Positions 29,563 through 40,201 are shown, counted from the first letter of the stretch. The stretch: DNA of 64,000 bases from Methanothrix sp. (GCA_040770465.1 JAXGJB010000008.1:15275-79274), one strand, 5' to 3'. Numbers and translations: made by a program. Notes: generated by a model not told the origin, from the sequence alone.

Positions 29563-29751
29563 TTAGTCTTGCTTATTCCGATTATACAACGTCTCTTCAG
29601 AAAGAGATTCGAGGCAGCCCTCTATCGCCTCGTTGATGTTCTCCAGAGCCTCCTCGGCGGTATCCCCCTGAGAATGGCAGCCCGGCAGCGCCGGACAACT
29701 GACGATGTACCCCCCTTCCTCGGCCTCTTCGAGAGTCACCTTGAGTTTCAT
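29563..29751 (-). CDS. HicB-family antitoxin (orphan)
   Basis: GGYIVSCPALPGCHSQGDTAEEALENINEAI. Confidence 0.85.
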   Translation of the reverse strand: MKLKVTLEEAEEGGYIVSCPALPGCHSQGDTAEEALENINEAIEGCLESLSEETLYNRNKQD

Positions 29752-29915
29752 GGAAGAGGGTTGGCGTCTGAGGTTGAAAACGTTTTCTTGCGGCCGCCGG
29801 GAATGGGCGCGGATGGCTACCTATACCTTTTATTCTCGAAGGGGAGGATTAGGGGTCTAGCACTGGTGGCACCAAATTTGAAGGACAAAAAGCAGTTGGG
29901 GGAAGAACGAGAATA

Positions 29916-30050
29916 CTATAGAGCTATATCCTTTTCGATCTCGGCGATGGCCTCCTCGAAAGAGATCGCCTCTTCGCAGGATGCTTTGGCAGCATCATAG
30001 GCTCGAATGGATTCAAGCTTCTCCAGCTCGATTAGAAGATAGAGTGTCAT
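29916..30050 (-). pseudogene. probable truncated RelB-like antitoxin
   Basis: Manual translation MTLYLLIELEKLESIRAYDAAKASCEEAISFEEAIAEIEKDIAL resembles an antitoxin C-terminal half; begins next to the ISL3 left end; no intact toxin downstream. Confidence 0.45.
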
Positions 30051-30073
30051 CCTGCTTAAACGTTAATTTTATT

Positions 30074-31375
30074 GGCTCTTCACTATTCCGTGTGGGTAAC
30101 AGATAGCCATTTATCATAATCATGCTACCGAATAAAAAGCATGTCAATCTCACAAGAGGATCTTTTCAAGCAGGCACTGAACTTGCAGCCGCCCTGGTTA
30201 ATCGACTCAATCGACTTCGACGTGGAAGGGAAGCGACTCGACATCCACATAGATTTCGAACGTGGTGGTAAATTTCCATGTCCTAGATGCGGCAACTCTG
30301 AATGCGATGTTCATGATACAATCGATAGGACTTGGCGTCATCTTAACTTCTTCCAATTCAAGACCTACCTTCATTGTCGCGTTCCCAGAACGAAATGCGA
30401 AACTTGCGGAGTCAAACTTGTCAAGGTGCCTTGGGCAAGAAAAGGTAGCGGTTTTTCCCTCCTAATGGATTCCTTGATAATCTTAATGGCTCAGCACATG
30501 CCCGTAAAATCTGTAGCGGACTTGATCGGAGAACATGATACTCGGATATGGCGAGTCCTGGAATACTACGTATTAGAAGCAAGATCGGAAGAGGACTTCT
30601 CAGAGGTTGAATCAGTAGGAGTTGACGAGACATCCAGAGCAAAAGGTCACAAATACGTATCAGTTTTCATAGATTTAGATAAATCCAAGGTGTTATATGT
30701 ATGTGAAGGAAAAGATGCTTCAGCAATTGAGTCGTTTAGAGATGACCTTGAGGATCATAAAGGATCTTTTAAAAATGTACGTAATTTCTGCTGTGATATG
30801 TCCCCCGCATTCATATCTGGAGTCACTAGGAACTTCCCAGAAACTTCAATAACATTCGATAAGTTCCATGTTATGAAGCTGATGAACCAAGCAGTAGATC
30901 AAGTGAGACGTGAAGAGCAATTTCATAACAGCAACCTGAAGTATACAAGATATATTTGGCTAAAAAATCCCGAGAAACTTACGAAAAAACAGAGATATGA
31001 ATTGGGATCTCTCAGAGATATGAGATTAAAAACAATGAGAGCTTACAACATCAAATTGAGCCTACGCGATTTCTGGAACTTCAAAGACCAGCTATTGGCG
31101 GAAGATTATCTAAAACGTTGGTACTTTTGGGCGACACACAGCAGATTAAAACCAGTTATTGATACCGCAAAAGCGATCAAGGGGCATTGGAAAGGAATTA
31201 TAAACTATATTAACACCAGAATAGATAACGGAATCTTAGAGGGAATAAATAGCCTCATTCAATCAGCAAAAGACGACGCAAGAGGATTCAGGACGACAAA
31301 GAATTTTGTTATAACTATATATCTTAGATTAGGAAAACTCAAGTTCAATCTACCCACATAAAACAGCGAGGAGCC
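30074..31375 (+). mobile_element. ISL3-family insertion sequence
   Basis: IRL GGCTCTTCACTATTCCGTGTGGGTA versus IRR(rc) GGCTCCTCGCTGTTTTATGTGGGTA (19/25); AT-rich; T-rich flanks with no perfect 8-bp TSD. Confidence 0.9.
30141..31361 (+). CDS. ISL3 transposase
   Basis: CPRC zinc finger, WRHLNFF, VPWA, GVDETS, CCDMSPAF, FDKFHV, EGINS. Confidence 0.95.
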   Translation: MSISQEDLFKQALNLQPPWLIDSIDFDVEGKRLDIHIDFERGGKFPCPRCGNSECDVHDTIDRTWRHLNFFQFKTYLHCRVPRTKCETCGVKLVKVPWARKGSGFSLLMDSLIILMAQHMPVKSVADLIGEHDTRIWRVLEYYVLEARSEEDFSEVESVGVDETSRAKGHKYVSVFIDLDKSKVLYVCEGKDASAIESFRDDLEDHKGSFKNVRNFCCDMSPAFISGVTRNFPETSITFDKFHVMKLMNQAVDQVRREEQFHNSNLKYTRYIWLKNPEKLTKKQRYELGSLRDMRLKTMRAYNIKLSLRDFWNFKDQLLAEDYLKRWYFWATHSRLKPVIDTAKAIKGHWKGIINYINTRIDNGILEGINSLIQSAKDDARGFRTTKNFVITIYLRLGKLKFNLPT

Positions 31376-31511
31376 TTTTTTTTGCTTTCCCAAAATGTGC
31401 GGGTTTTAGCATATGAAGGGAATTTCCCGCATTCCAGCTTCCACCGGGCATCAGCCTCGGGCTTAACTATTTTATCTCCCTCCTCCAAAGGGGGCGGAAA
31501 AGGAGGTCCTG

Positions 31512-32618
31512 ATGATGAAGTTTGCAAGCCACGTCGAGGGGATCGACATATCAGGGATAAGAAAGAGCTTCGAGGGGGCGGGTCCGGGAGCGATAAACCT
31601 GGGCCTCGGCCAGCCCGACTTCGACACTCCCGATCACATCAAGCGAGCGGCGATTGAGGCGATCGAGGAGGGGTTCACGGGGTACACCATGAACCTGGGC
31701 ACCGCCGAGCTGAGGGAGGCCCTCTCCGAGAAGTTCAGGCGGGATAACGGCCTCGATTACGCGCCGGGCGAGATCATGGTCACGAGCGGCGCAAGCGAAG
31801 CCCTATTTCTCGCCATCGCCGCCGTCGTCGAGAAGGAGGACGAGGTTCTTTTGGGCGACCCGGGTTTCGTATCCTACGCTGCCCTCACCCGGGTCGCTCA
31901 GGGAAGGCCCGTCGCCGTCCCCATGGACGAGAGGTTCCGCCTCACCCCCGAGGCCGTCGCCGAGAAGATAACGTCGAGGACTCGGGCCCTCGTCGTCAAC
32001 TCCCCCAACAACCCCACCGGCTCGGTCCAGACGAATGAGGAGCTGCGGGCCCTGGCAGAGCTTGCCGAGGATCATGGCTTCGCCCTCATTTCCGACGAGG
32101 TCTACGAGCACTTCATCTACGAGGGAGAGCATGTGAGCCCCGCCCTCTACTCCGATAACGTCATCACCATCAACGCCGTATCCAAGACCTACGCCATGAC
32201 CGGCTGGAGGCTCGGCTACCTGGCGGCTCGGGGCGAGGCCCTGGAGAACATGCTGAAGGTCCACCAGTACATCCAGGCCTGCGCTTCGTCCATCAGCCAG
32301 AGGGCGGCCCTGGCCGCCGTCAGCGGTCCTCAGGAATGCGTCGGCGAGATGAAGGCCGAGTTTCTGAGGAGAAGGGACGTTTTGGTTTCGGGGCTCCGGT
32401 CGATGGGGCTGGAGATCGAAGAGCCGCCAGGAGCGTTCTACGCATTCCCAAAAGTGGGGGATGGAAACGACGTTGCCGCCCGGCTGATCAAGGGCGGGGT
32501 GGTGACGGTTCCGGGGTCCGCCTTCGGATCGGCGGCAAAAGATCACATAAGGATATCTTACGCCGCCTCCATGGGGGATATAAAAACGGCTCTCGCGCGG
32601 ATGAGAGAAATTCTTTAA
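31512..32618 (+). CDS. PLP-dependent class I/II (aspartate) aminotransferase
   Basis: NLGLGQPDFDTP, NSPNNPTG, SDEVYE, SKTYAMTGWRLG. Confidence 0.93.
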   Translation: MMKFASHVEGIDISGIRKSFEGAGPGAINLGLGQPDFDTPDHIKRAAIEAIEEGFTGYTMNLGTAELREALSEKFRRDNGLDYAPGEIMVTSGASEALFLAIAAVVEKEDEVLLGDPGFVSYAALTRVAQGRPVAVPMDERFRLTPEAVAEKITSRTRALVVNSPNNPTGSVQTNEELRALAELAEDHGFALISDEVYEHFIYEGEHVSPALYSDNVITINAVSKTYAMTGWRLGYLAARGEALENMLKVHQYIQACASSISQRAALAAVSGPQECVGEMKAEFLRRRDVLVSGLRSMGLEIEEPPGAFYAFPKVGDGNDVAARLIKGGVVTVPGSAFGSAAKDHIRISYAASMGDIKTALARMREIL

Positions 32619-32653
32619 ATAGGAGCTGCTGCATTCGTCGGGAAGGTGACGAG

Positions 32654-33037
32654 ATGAAAGAGCAGGTGGAGACGAGAGAGCTTAAAGAGGGAAGGTACGT
32701 GATCATCGACGAAGAGCCGTGCGTCATCAAGAGCATAGCCAAGTCAAAGCCGGGTAAGCACGGCGCCGCCAAGGCGAGGGTTGACGCCGTCGGGATCTTC
32801 GACGGCCAGAAGAGGTCCATCGTCCAGCCGGTGACGGCCAAAGTCTACGTTCCGATTGTGGAGAGGAAGTCAGGCCAGGTTCTGACGATCGGCGATACCT
32901 CGGCACAGCTGATGGATCTTGGCGACTACAGCACCATCGACGTTCCCATCACCGAGGATGACCGGCCAAAGCTGGAAGAGGGGAAGGAAGTCCCCTATCT
33001 GCTCGTCATGGGCAGGACAAAGATGGATATACGTTAA
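32654..33037 (+). CDS. eif5a: translation initiation factor aIF5A
   Basis: SKPGKHGAAKAR hypusination motif; GAAGGTG RBS before ATG 32654. Confidence 0.95.
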   Translation: MKEQVETRELKEGRYVIIDEEPCVIKSIAKSKPGKHGAAKARVDAVGIFDGQKRSIVQPVTAKVYVPIVERKSGQVLTIGDTSAQLMDLGDYSTIDVPITEDDRPKLEEGKEVPYLLVMGRTKMDIR

Positions 33038-33042
33038 CCTCG

Positions 33043-34008
33043 ATGTTCAACAGATCCAATTTTGCGGACGCCGACGCCGACCCTGAGGAGGCGGAGTTTG
33101 TCATCGTGGGTGCTCCCTTCGATGCCACGACCTGCTTTCGGTCCGGGACCCGAGAGGGGCCGGGAGCCGTGCGGCGGGCGTCTTACAACTTCGAGACCTA
33201 CGTTCACCGGCACGGCATAGATTTCAGGGATATCACCGTCGCCGATCTCGGAGACCTCGATCTGGGGGCCGACCCAGCCTACGCCCGGCAGACGATCCGG
33301 GAGAGCTTTGCTTTCATCCCGGAGGTGGCGATCCCGATATTCATCGGAGGCGAGCATTCCATCACCCCGCCGATAGTCGCCGAGGTGGCCCGGCGGCACG
33401 GAAACATCGGGGCCGGAAACGGAGTCGGCGCCGGCAGCGGTGGTGGCGTTAGCAACGTTAGCAACGTTAGCAACGGCAGCAACGGCAGCAGCGGCAAGAG
33501 CGGCATCGGAGTCCTCGTCCTGGACGCACACCTGGACTTGCGGAAGGAGTACGGCGGGACGAAGCTGAGCCACGCCTGCGCCAGCCGCACCATCCTCGAG
33601 ACCGACGGGGTCGCAGGTTACGCCTCGATAGGGATCAGGTCAGGCGACCTGGAGGAGTACATCTGGGCCGAGGAGAACGGCGTCCATTACCATTCGAGCG
33701 ACGAGGTGAGAGAGAGGGGGATTGAGGCGGTCCTGAAGGACGCCCTGAAAGAGGTGGGGTGCGAGAAGATCTATCTCTCCATCGACTTCGACGCCCTCGA
33801 CCCCGCCTACGCTCCGGGGGTCGGGACCCCCGAGCCCTTCGGCCTATCGTCCTGGGACGTTCGGTACATCGTCGAGAAGGTGGCACCAAAAGCCATCGGC
33901 CTGGACGTCAACGAGATCGCGCCTCAGTTCGACGGGGGCCAGACAGCGTCCCTGGGCGCGAAACTGATCAGGGAGTTCATCGCCGCAAAAGCTGCGGCGA
34001 ACAGGTAA
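33043..34008 (+). CDS. speB: agmatinase
   Basis: GGEHSIT, DAHLD, SHAC, SIDFDALDP..APGVGTPE. Confidence 0.93.
   Translation: MFNRSNFADADADPEEAEFVIVGAPFDATTCFRSGTREGPGAVRRASYNFETYVHRHGIDFRDITVADLGDLDLGADPAYARQTIRESFAFIPEVAIPIFIGGEHSITPPIVAEVARRHGNIGAGNGVGAGSGGGVSNVSNVSNGSNGSSGKSGIGVLVLDAHLDLRKEYGGTKLSHACASRTILETDGVAGYASIGIRSGDLEEYIWAEENGVHYHSSDEVRERGIEAVLKDALKEVGCEKIYLSIDFDALDPAYAPGVGTPEPFGLSSWDVRYIVEKVAPKAIGLDVNEIAPQFDGGQTASLGAKLIREFIAAKAAANR
33447..33491 (+). repeat. in-frame 9-bp tandem repeat inside agmatinase
   Basis: (cgttagcaa)x3 then cggcagcaa and cggcagcag, encoding VSNVSNVSNGSNGSS. Confidence 0.8.
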
Positions 34009-34047
34009 ATTTCCGAGCGGGATCGATAGGCGATCCTGGTATTCTTC

Positions 34048-34270
34048 TCAAAATCTCGGTTTCTGGAGACTTGATCCTCTGATTTTCCTGGAGTCCTCTT
34101 CAAGCCCTCTCAGGAGATCTTCGTCCTTGATGGCGCCGAAGTAGTCTGCGAGGTTGGGCTTTTCCCGCTCCTCCAGCACGTCGATGGCGTTGCTGAAGCT
34201 GTCGTCCTCGTTCATCTTTTTCTTCAGCATCTCGTTGTCTCCATTATGATGGAAGGGTCTTGGTTCTCAT
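34048..34270 (-). pseudogene. degenerate VapB-like (DUF217-type) antitoxin
   Basis: MRTKTL start in one frame ends early; LKKKMNEDDSFS..L.DYFGAI continues in another frame; no VapC downstream. Confidence 0.55.
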
Positions 34271-34341
34271 GCTTCTGTGAAGTGGTATACTTCGCCTTCG
34301 AGAGTTCGAGCATCGGATCATTCTGCGATCTCGATCTCGTC

Positions 34342-35256
34342 TTACTCCTCCCCAAAGTAGTCCAGATCGACCCTCTTGACTCTGTAGGTGGCGACGTCGG
34401 CGACGCCGATGTCGTGGTCTATCATGAACTGGGCGAGCTGCTCCCCATCGATCAGGACGATCTTTGGCTGCTGGATGGATCTGACGTAATCTTTCGCGTC
34501 TTTGGAGAATTGTGAGGTTGTGATCATAACGCCTTTTCCGGCCCTGTTTCCCATCAGGCTGCCGGCGAAGGCCTGGACCGTCGGCCTCCCCACCGTTCCC
34601 TCCCATCTCTTGGCCTGGATGTAGACGGCGTCGAGGCCGAGCTTATCCTCTTTTATAATGCCGTCAATGCCACCGTCGCCGCTCCTGCCGACGGCTTCAC
34701 CAGCGTCCTTTCGGGAGCCTCCATATCCCATCGCCACAAGCAGGTCCACCACAAGTCTCTCGAAGAACTCGGGAGAGCACCCCATTATCCGGTCGAGGAG
34801 ATCCTGAGCCAGGTCTTTTCTCAGGTTCTGATAGCTGGTCTCCAAGACCTCTTCAGGGGTTTTTGTCTTGTCGGCGGTGTCATTTTCAGTATCGGTGTTG
34901 ACATCTTTGGACGCCCCATCTCGAAACTCCAGAAATTCTGGGAATTGTTCCAGAAACTTGACGTTGATCTCCGGCGGATTCTCTCTCAGGACTGCCAGAC
35001 CTCGATCGTTTATCCGGAACTTTCCTCTTCCCGTGCTCTCCAATAGTCCGGCCTTTTTCATGTACGTCCTAGCCCATGCAACTCTGTTGTCGAGCTTGGC
35101 CTGCCTGCCGCTGGGAAGTAGCTCACGCCTCTCGTCGTCGTTAAGCTCAAATTGATCCGCCAAAGTCTCTATGACCTGGTGAAGGCTGTGCTCTTCTCCA
35201 TCTCTCAATACCTTCAAGAGCGGGAGCATCAGGCTCTGGTAATCTGGAACTGTCAT
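34342..35256 (-). CDS. mrr: Mrr type IV restriction endonuclease
   Basis: VPDYQSLMLPLL, NRVAWARTYM, FFE.LVVDLL..MGYG, DGGIDGII.EDKLGLD..YIQAKRW. Confidence 0.95.
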   Translation of the reverse strand: MTVPDYQSLMLPLLKVLRDGEEHSLHQVIETLADQFELNDDERRELLPSGRQAKLDNRVAWARTYMKKAGLLESTGRGKFRINDRGLAVLRENPPEINVKFLEQFPEFLEFRDGASKDVNTDTENDTADKTKTPEEVLETSYQNLRKDLAQDLLDRIMGCSPEFFERLVVDLLVAMGYGGSRKDAGEAVGRSGDGGIDGIIKEDKLGLDAVYIQAKRWEGTVGRPTVQAFAGSLMGNRAGKGVMITTSQFSKDAKDYVRSIQQPKIVLIDGEQLAQFMIDHDIGVADVATYRVKRVDLDYFGEE

Positions 35257-35313
35257 CTCCGCCGACCTCGCCGCTTTCCTATTTCAGTCCAGATAATTAA
35301 GTCCTGTGCTCTT

Positions 35314-36207
35314 TTATCCTCTCTTTTCTCCCATCAGAGCCTCAAACCCCACCAGAACGTCCTGCATCTCCGAGGATATCGCCTCCTGACGCCTTTTCCG
35401 GTACTGGCTGGATAGCTCGCTCAGGTGCTCCTCAATGTTCCTCTCCGCCGCCTGCATCGACGAGAGCCTGCTGGCGTTCTCGCTTGCCAGAGACTCCACG
35501 AAGGCCCGGTAAAGGGAGGTGAAGATATGCTCCCGGACCAGGGAGGAGAAGAGCCGCTCCGGCTCCATGGAGAAGGTGGGCAGAGATCGGGAGGGCCATT
35601 TTCTTTCGGCGAGATCGGCCAGCCATGCGGGGTCGAGGGGAAGGAGCCGGGCCATGGATGGGCGGAAGGCCGCCAGAGGTCCCGGCACCGGCCGGTTGTA
35701 GAAGAGGACGATCCGGTCCAGGCCGCCCTCCCTCCGCCACTCCTCGATCTTGACCAGCACCTCCCCCATCACCTCGGCTATGCCCAGAAAGTCGCCGGAG
35801 AAGGAGAACCTTCCTTCGACCTCAAGGCCTCCATCTTCCAGGTGGCCGAGGACCCGATCGCCGACGGCCACGGCCCTCGTCTCCTCGGGTTTCATCTCGG
35901 CGATCTCGCCCAGGGCGTAGCTTGCGATCTGTGGGTTGAACTTTCCGCAGAGCCCCTGCTCGGAGCCGAAGATCACCGTCCCCAAAAGCTCTGGCTTCTC
36001 CGATGGAAACGGAGCCAGAACGATCTTTCCGCTCTTCATCACCACCGTAAGCCCCATCTCGATGCTCCTCGCGTACTCGCCCAGGGACTGGACCGCCCTC
36101 TCATACTCGCGAATGTTCGTCGAGCTGATGGCCTTCATTATCCTGACCACCGACTGCAGCCCCCGGGCGTTCTTGATCTTCCTTTTAACCCGCTCCAGAT
36201 CTTCCAC
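35314..36207 (-). CDS. atpG: N-ATPase gamma subunit
   Basis: SVVRIMKA, FGSEQGLCGKFN, SLASENASRL.SMQAAE.NI, RQE.I..E. Confidence 0.92.
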   Translation of the reverse strand: MEDLERVKRKIKNARGLQSVVRIMKAISSTNIREYERAVQSLGEYARSIEMGLTVVMKSGKIVLAPFPSEKPELLGTVIFGSEQGLCGKFNPQIASYALGEIAEMKPEETRAVAVGDRVLGHLEDGGLEVEGRFSFSGDFLGIAEVMGEVLVKIEEWRREGGLDRIVLFYNRPVPGPLAAFRPSMARLLPLDPAWLADLAERKWPSRSLPTFSMEPERLFSSLVREHIFTSLYRAFVESLASENASRLSSMQAAERNIEEHLSELSSQYRKRRQEAISSEMQDVLVGFEALMGEKRG

Positions 36208-36220
36208 GACCCGTCCTCCC

Positions 36221-37744
36221 TCAACCCTGAAGTGCCTCTTTGAAGATCTTCAAAAGGAGATCGCGATCTTCACTGGTCAGCTCCTCGCCCGACCCGATCC
36301 TCTGAATGATCTCCGGCTGCCTTTCCCGAAGGGCCTTTCTTATCGCCTCCTTGGCCGAGGCGACCTCTCCCAGGGGAACTTTGTCCAGAAGCCCCGAAGT
36401 CACCGCCAGGAGGACCGCGATCTGCTCGGGGGCGGGGATCGGCTCGAACTGGGGCTGCTTCAGAACCTCCCGGATCCGTTGCCCCCGCTCCAGGGTCTTT
36501 CTCGTATCCTCGTCCAGCCTGGTCCCAAACCGGGTATAGGCCTCCAGGTCCTCGAACTGCGAGTAGGTGAGGCGGAGGTCGCCTGCCACTTTGGAGTACG
36601 CCGGAAGCTGGCTTTTTCCTCCCACCCGAGAGACGGACATGCCCACGTCGACCGCCGGAAGGACCCCCTTCCCGTAAAGCTCGGGGGAGAGGTAGATCTG
36701 GCCGTCGGTGATGGAGATGAGGTTTGTGGGGATGTAGGCGGAGATGTCTTGGGCCTGGGTCTCGATGATGGGAAGGGCGGTGAGGGAGCCTCCCTCTTTG
36801 AGGTTTGTGGCCCTCTCCAGGAGCCTGGAATGGATGTAGAAGATGTCCCCCGGAAAAGCCTCCCTCCCCGGCGGGCGGCGGAGGAGGAGGGAGAGCTCCC
36901 GGTAGGATCGGGCGTGGCGGGTCAGATCGTCGTATACGATCAATACGTCCCGCCCCCCCTCCACGAAGTGCTCGGCGATGGTGGTGGCGGAGTAGGGGGC
37001 TATGTAGTTGATCCCGGGCGGATCGTCGCCGGTGGCCACTACGGCGACTGAGTTCTCCATGGCCCCGTTCTTGCGGAGATCTGCGATCGTCTTCGCCACC
37101 TCCGACTTCTCCTGGCCGATGGAGGAGTAGACGCAAACTACGTCCTTGTCCCTCTGGTTGATGATGGCGTCGACGGCGAAGGCGGTCTTCCCGGTCTGTC
37201 GGTCGCCGAGGATCAGCTCCCTCTGGCCCCGGCCGATGGGGACCATGGCGTCCACCGCCATCACCCCCGTCTCCAGGGGGACGTTCACCGGAGCCCGATC
37301 CATGATCGCCGGGGCCTCTCGCTCGACGGACCTTCTCTCCGAGGTCGAGATCGGCTCGCCCTCGTCCAAGGGATCGCCCAGAACATTCACCACCCTGCCC
37401 AGGAGCTCATCTCCCACCGGCACCTCCATCACCTTTCCGGTCCGGTGGACCACCTGCCCGGCCCTGACCTTCTCGCTCTTGTCGAGGAGGATGACCGCCA
37501 CCTCCTCGGGGTCGAGGTTGAAGGCGATCCCCAGCCGATCGCCGGGAAAGACGACCACCTCCTCAGACCGAACGTGAGGCAGCCCCCTGATCCGGGCGAT
37601 CCCCTTTCCCACGAAGGATACGACCCCGATCTCCTCGAACTTCAGCTGGAGCTTTTTTCTCTCCAGAGTATGGCTTACGGCGCTGAAGGCGTAGTTCAGG
37701 GCATCGCCGACCGCCTCGTCCCCCTTCTTCTTCCTCTCCATCAT
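36221..37744 (-). CDS. atpA: N-ATPase alpha subunit
   Basis: [53 protein letters not shown]. Confidence 0.96.
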   Translation of the reverse strand: MMERKKKGDEAVGDALNYAFSAVSHTLERKKLQLKFEEIGVVSFVGKGIARIRGLPHVRSEEVVVFPGDRLGIAFNLDPEEVAVILLDKSEKVRAGQVVHRTGKVMEVPVGDELLGRVVNVLGDPLDEGEPISTSERRSVEREAPAIMDRAPVNVPLETGVMAVDAMVPIGRGQRELILGDRQTGKTAFAVDAIINQRDKDVVCVYSSIGQEKSEVAKTIADLRKNGAMENSVAVVATGDDPPGINYIAPYSATTIAEHFVEGGRDVLIVYDDLTRHARSYRELSLLLRRPPGREAFPGDIFYIHSRLLERATNLKEGGSLTALPIIETQAQDISAYIPTNLISITDGQIYLSPELYGKGVLPAVDVGMSVSRVGGKSQLPAYSKVAGDLRLTYSQFEDLEAYTRFGTRLDEDTRKTLERGQRIREVLKQPQFEPIPAPEQIAVLLAVTSGLLDKVPLGEVASAKEAIRKALRERQPEIIQRIGSGEELTSEDRDLLLKIFKEALQG

Positions 37745-38523
37745 CTTGCTCGCTTCTCTTTTGGAGTTCTCTCTTCGATGACCCGGGAGAAGTCGGCCTC
37801 CAGGGAGTCGAGGTATCCGGCGATGCTCCAGGAGATCTCCGCGTTTCTTGCGTAGATCTCAATCCCGGAGATCAGATCCTCGTCGATCTCGAAATGGACC
37901 CTCACCTCGGCCCCGGTCTGTTCCCGCAAGACCTCCTTGATCTTCTCCTGGACGTTTTCGGGGATCTCAAAGGCGCTTCGGACAACGATCAGCTGCTCAG
38001 GATATTTATAAAACTCCTTGAATGCCTCCTTCTCCGAATCGTCCATTCCCTCCAGCCGATCGATGAAGGTCCTGATCATCTGCCGTTCCAGCTCCTCGTC
38101 GGCCAGGTCCCGGAGGACGCGGCGGGATATGGCGTAGACCTGCCTTCCGGTCCTCTCTTTGAGATCGTCGAGGAAGGCCTTCTTCGAGCTCTCCACTGCC
38201 CCGTACCACTCGGCCTTGCTCCTCTCGACATCGGCCTCCGCCTTCTTTTCGAGGTCGGCCCTGAAGTTCTTGGCGTCCTCCTTCGCCTTTATCAGCATCT
38301 CCTCGTGCTCCGCCGAGATCTCCTGCTTCTTTTTCCGATAGGTCTCCCGCTCCTCCTCGGCTGCCCTCTTCTTCTCTTCAACCTCCTCCAGCCGGGAGGC
38401 GATCACCCGCTCCCGCTCGTCCATCAGCTTCAGGACCGGTGCGTAGAGGAGGTGCTTCAGGAGGAGCACCAGGATCAGAAAGTTCACCATCTGGGCCAGG
38501 GTGGTGAAGTAGTCGATCTGCAA
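37741..38523 (-). CDS. atpF: N-ATPase b subunit (b-delta fusion)
   Basis: [20 protein letters not shown], coiled coil, delta-like C-terminus (LISGIE..WSI..YL). Confidence 0.9.
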   Translation of the reverse strand: MQIDYFTTLAQMVNFLILVLLLKHLLYAPVLKLMDERERVIASRLEEVEEKKRAAEEERETYRKKKQEISAEHEEMLIKAKEDAKNFRADLEKKAEADVERSKAEWYGAVESSKKAFLDDLKERTGRQVYAISRRVLRDLADEELERQMIRTFIDRLEGMDDSEKEAFKEFYKYPEQLIVVRSAFEIPENVQEKIKEVLREQTGAEVRVHFEIDEDLISGIEIYARNAEISWSIAGYLDSLEADFSRVIEERTPKEKRAR

Positions 38524-38525
38524 CG

Positions 38526-38801
38526 CTATCCACCCATTCCGATCACGTAGTCCCAGAACGGATTGGAGAAGATCAGGATTATCGATATCACGAAACAGTA
38601 GATGGCGGTGGACTCGATCATCGCGAGGCCCACAAAGAGGGTCCGCGTGATGGTGTTCGCCTCGTCGGGCTGCTGGGCGATGGCGCTGAGGGCGCGGGAT
38701 AGGGCCCAGCTCTCACCCACTGCGGGGCCAATCGAGCCTATGGCGATGGTCAGGCCGGCTATGATTATGGAAGCGGTGCCTATGGTATCTATCGCAGCCA
38801 T
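38526..38801 (-). CDS. atpE: N-ATPase c subunit (Na+-type)
   Basis: GPAVGE...QQPDE...AMIESTAIY with the ESTxxY motif. Confidence 0.93.
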   Translation of the reverse strand: MAAIDTIGTASIIIAGLTIAIGSIGPAVGESWALSRALSAIAQQPDEANTITRTLFVGLAMIESTAIYCFVISIILIFSNPFWDYVIGMGG

Positions 38802-38802
38802 G

Positions 38803-39546
38803 TCAGTTTTCTCCTTCAGTTCTCGCTTCGTTTTCTCCTTCAGTTTCCTCTTCTTTTTCAGTCTCCTCTTCGACCGCCTTATCGTTTGAGCTGGCCGATA
38901 CTATGTATACCGTGGCCAGAACTGCGAAGATGTAGGCCTGGACCTGGCCGATCAAGAGCCCGAAGAGGTCCATTATCACTGGCAGAAATAGGGGGGCTAG
39001 GGCGATCAGGACGGCCACCAGGAGGGTCTGGCTCATCATGTTCCCAAAGAGCCTCAGGGCCAGAGCCACCGTCCGAGAGATCTCCCCTATGACGTTGAAG
39101 GGGAGCATCAGCGGCGTCGGCTGGACGTACCGCCTGAAGTAGCCGGATGCGCCCTGCTGCAGGATCCCAAAGACCGGGACCGCAAAGAAGACGCAGGCGG
39201 CCAAAGCCGTCGTGGTGGAGAGGGAGCTGGTCGGCGACCTGTAGCCGGGCACAATCCCCAGGATGCTGGAGAGGGAGAGGAATAGGAAGAGGGTGCCGGA
39301 GAAGGGGAGGAAGGGGTCGGATTCTCTGCGGGCTATCTCCCGGATCTCCTTTCTCATGTAGCTGATTACCGTCTCCAGGGCGACCTGCCTCCTGGTGAAG
39401 GGGGGGGTCGCCGAGAGCCCCCAGGTCGATACCCAGGCAAGAATGACCAGGATTCCGATCACAACCCAGGTGAAGACGATCGTCTCGTTGATGGTGACGA
39501 CCCCCCACCTCCAGAGGACCGCCTGGTCGGGGCTCAGCTCCACCAT
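38803..39546 (-). CDS. atpB: N-ATPase a subunit
   Basis: PTSSLSTT.ALA, PFN.IGE.SRT.ALALRLFGNM, QAYIF.VL. Confidence 0.93.
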   Translation of the reverse strand: MVELSPDQAVLWRWGVVTINETIVFTWVVIGILVILAWVSTWGLSATPPFTRRQVALETVISYMRKEIREIARRESDPFLPFSGTLFLFLSLSSILGIVPGYRSPTSSLSTTTALAACVFFAVPVFGILQQGASGYFRRYVQPTPLMLPFNVIGEISRTVALALRLFGNMMSQTLLVAVLIALAPLFLPVIMDLFGLLIGQVQAYIFAVLATVYIVSASSNDKAVEEETEKEEETEGENEARTEGEN

Positions 39547-39548
39547 CT

Positions 39549-39836
39549 CTAGACCTCCCTCCTCTCAGGGTGGCGGCCGAGCCGGCCGACCATGACCATC
39601 TTAGTGATGATGAAGCCCACAAGGGCGAAGGCGAGCGCTTCAAGGCCAATCTCGACCAGTAGATAGAAGCCGAGGATGCAGATCAAAGATCGGAAGAGGA
39701 AGCTTCCCAGGGTCAGAAGCTCTGGCCTCTGAGAGCGCTGGAGCCGGTTCATGGTCAGCCAGAGGCCTCCGAAGAAGAAGACTCCAAGGCCAATCCCAAA
39801 GGTGAAGCTGAAGATAGGCAGAAGATGCTCATTCAT
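39549..39836 (-). CDS. atpR: N-ATPase AtpR subunit
   Basis: G..LG.FFFGGLWLT...SF.FR; position between atpQ and atpB. Confidence 0.85.
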   Translation of the reverse strand: MNEHLLPIFSFTFGIGLGVFFFGGLWLTMNRLQRSQRPELLTLGSFLFRSLICILGFYLLVEIGLEALAFALVGFIITKMVMVGRLGRHPERREV

Positions 39837-40201
39837 CCGGCTTTCTCCCCCTCGATCATCGGCTCTCTCTCCTCGATTTCTGTTTTTCTCTCCTCGATCA
39901 CCGGCTTTCTACCCTCGATCTCAGACTGCTCCTTTCTGACCCAATACCAGGCGTTGGCGCATCCCACGATCAGGCCGGCGGAGAGGAAGACGAGGGTCCA
40001 GGAGATGGGGCCGGGGTATCGTCTGTCGATCCAGACGCCGATAGCCACCCCGATGAGGGTGGGAACCGCCACCGACCAGCCGACAACGCCCATCATCCCC
40101 AGGCCAAACCATACGCCTCTGGCCCGCTCCCTCCGAGCCTTGATCTTCCGCTCCTCTTTTGCGCCGATCTCCTCTTCAAAATCCTCTCGACCTCTATCCA
40201 T
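39833..40201 (-). CDS. atpQ: N-ATPase AtpQ (AtpZ/I-like)
   Basis: WFGLGMMGVVGWSVAVPTL.G...G.WID, GCANAW.W; start could be GTG 40243. Confidence 0.85.
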   Translation of the reverse strand: MDRGREDFEEEIGAKEERKIKARRERARGVWFGLGMMGVVGWSVAVPTLIGVAIGVWIDRRYPGPISWTLVFLSAGLIVGCANAWYWVRKEQSEIEGRKPVIEERKTEIEEREPMIEGEKAG

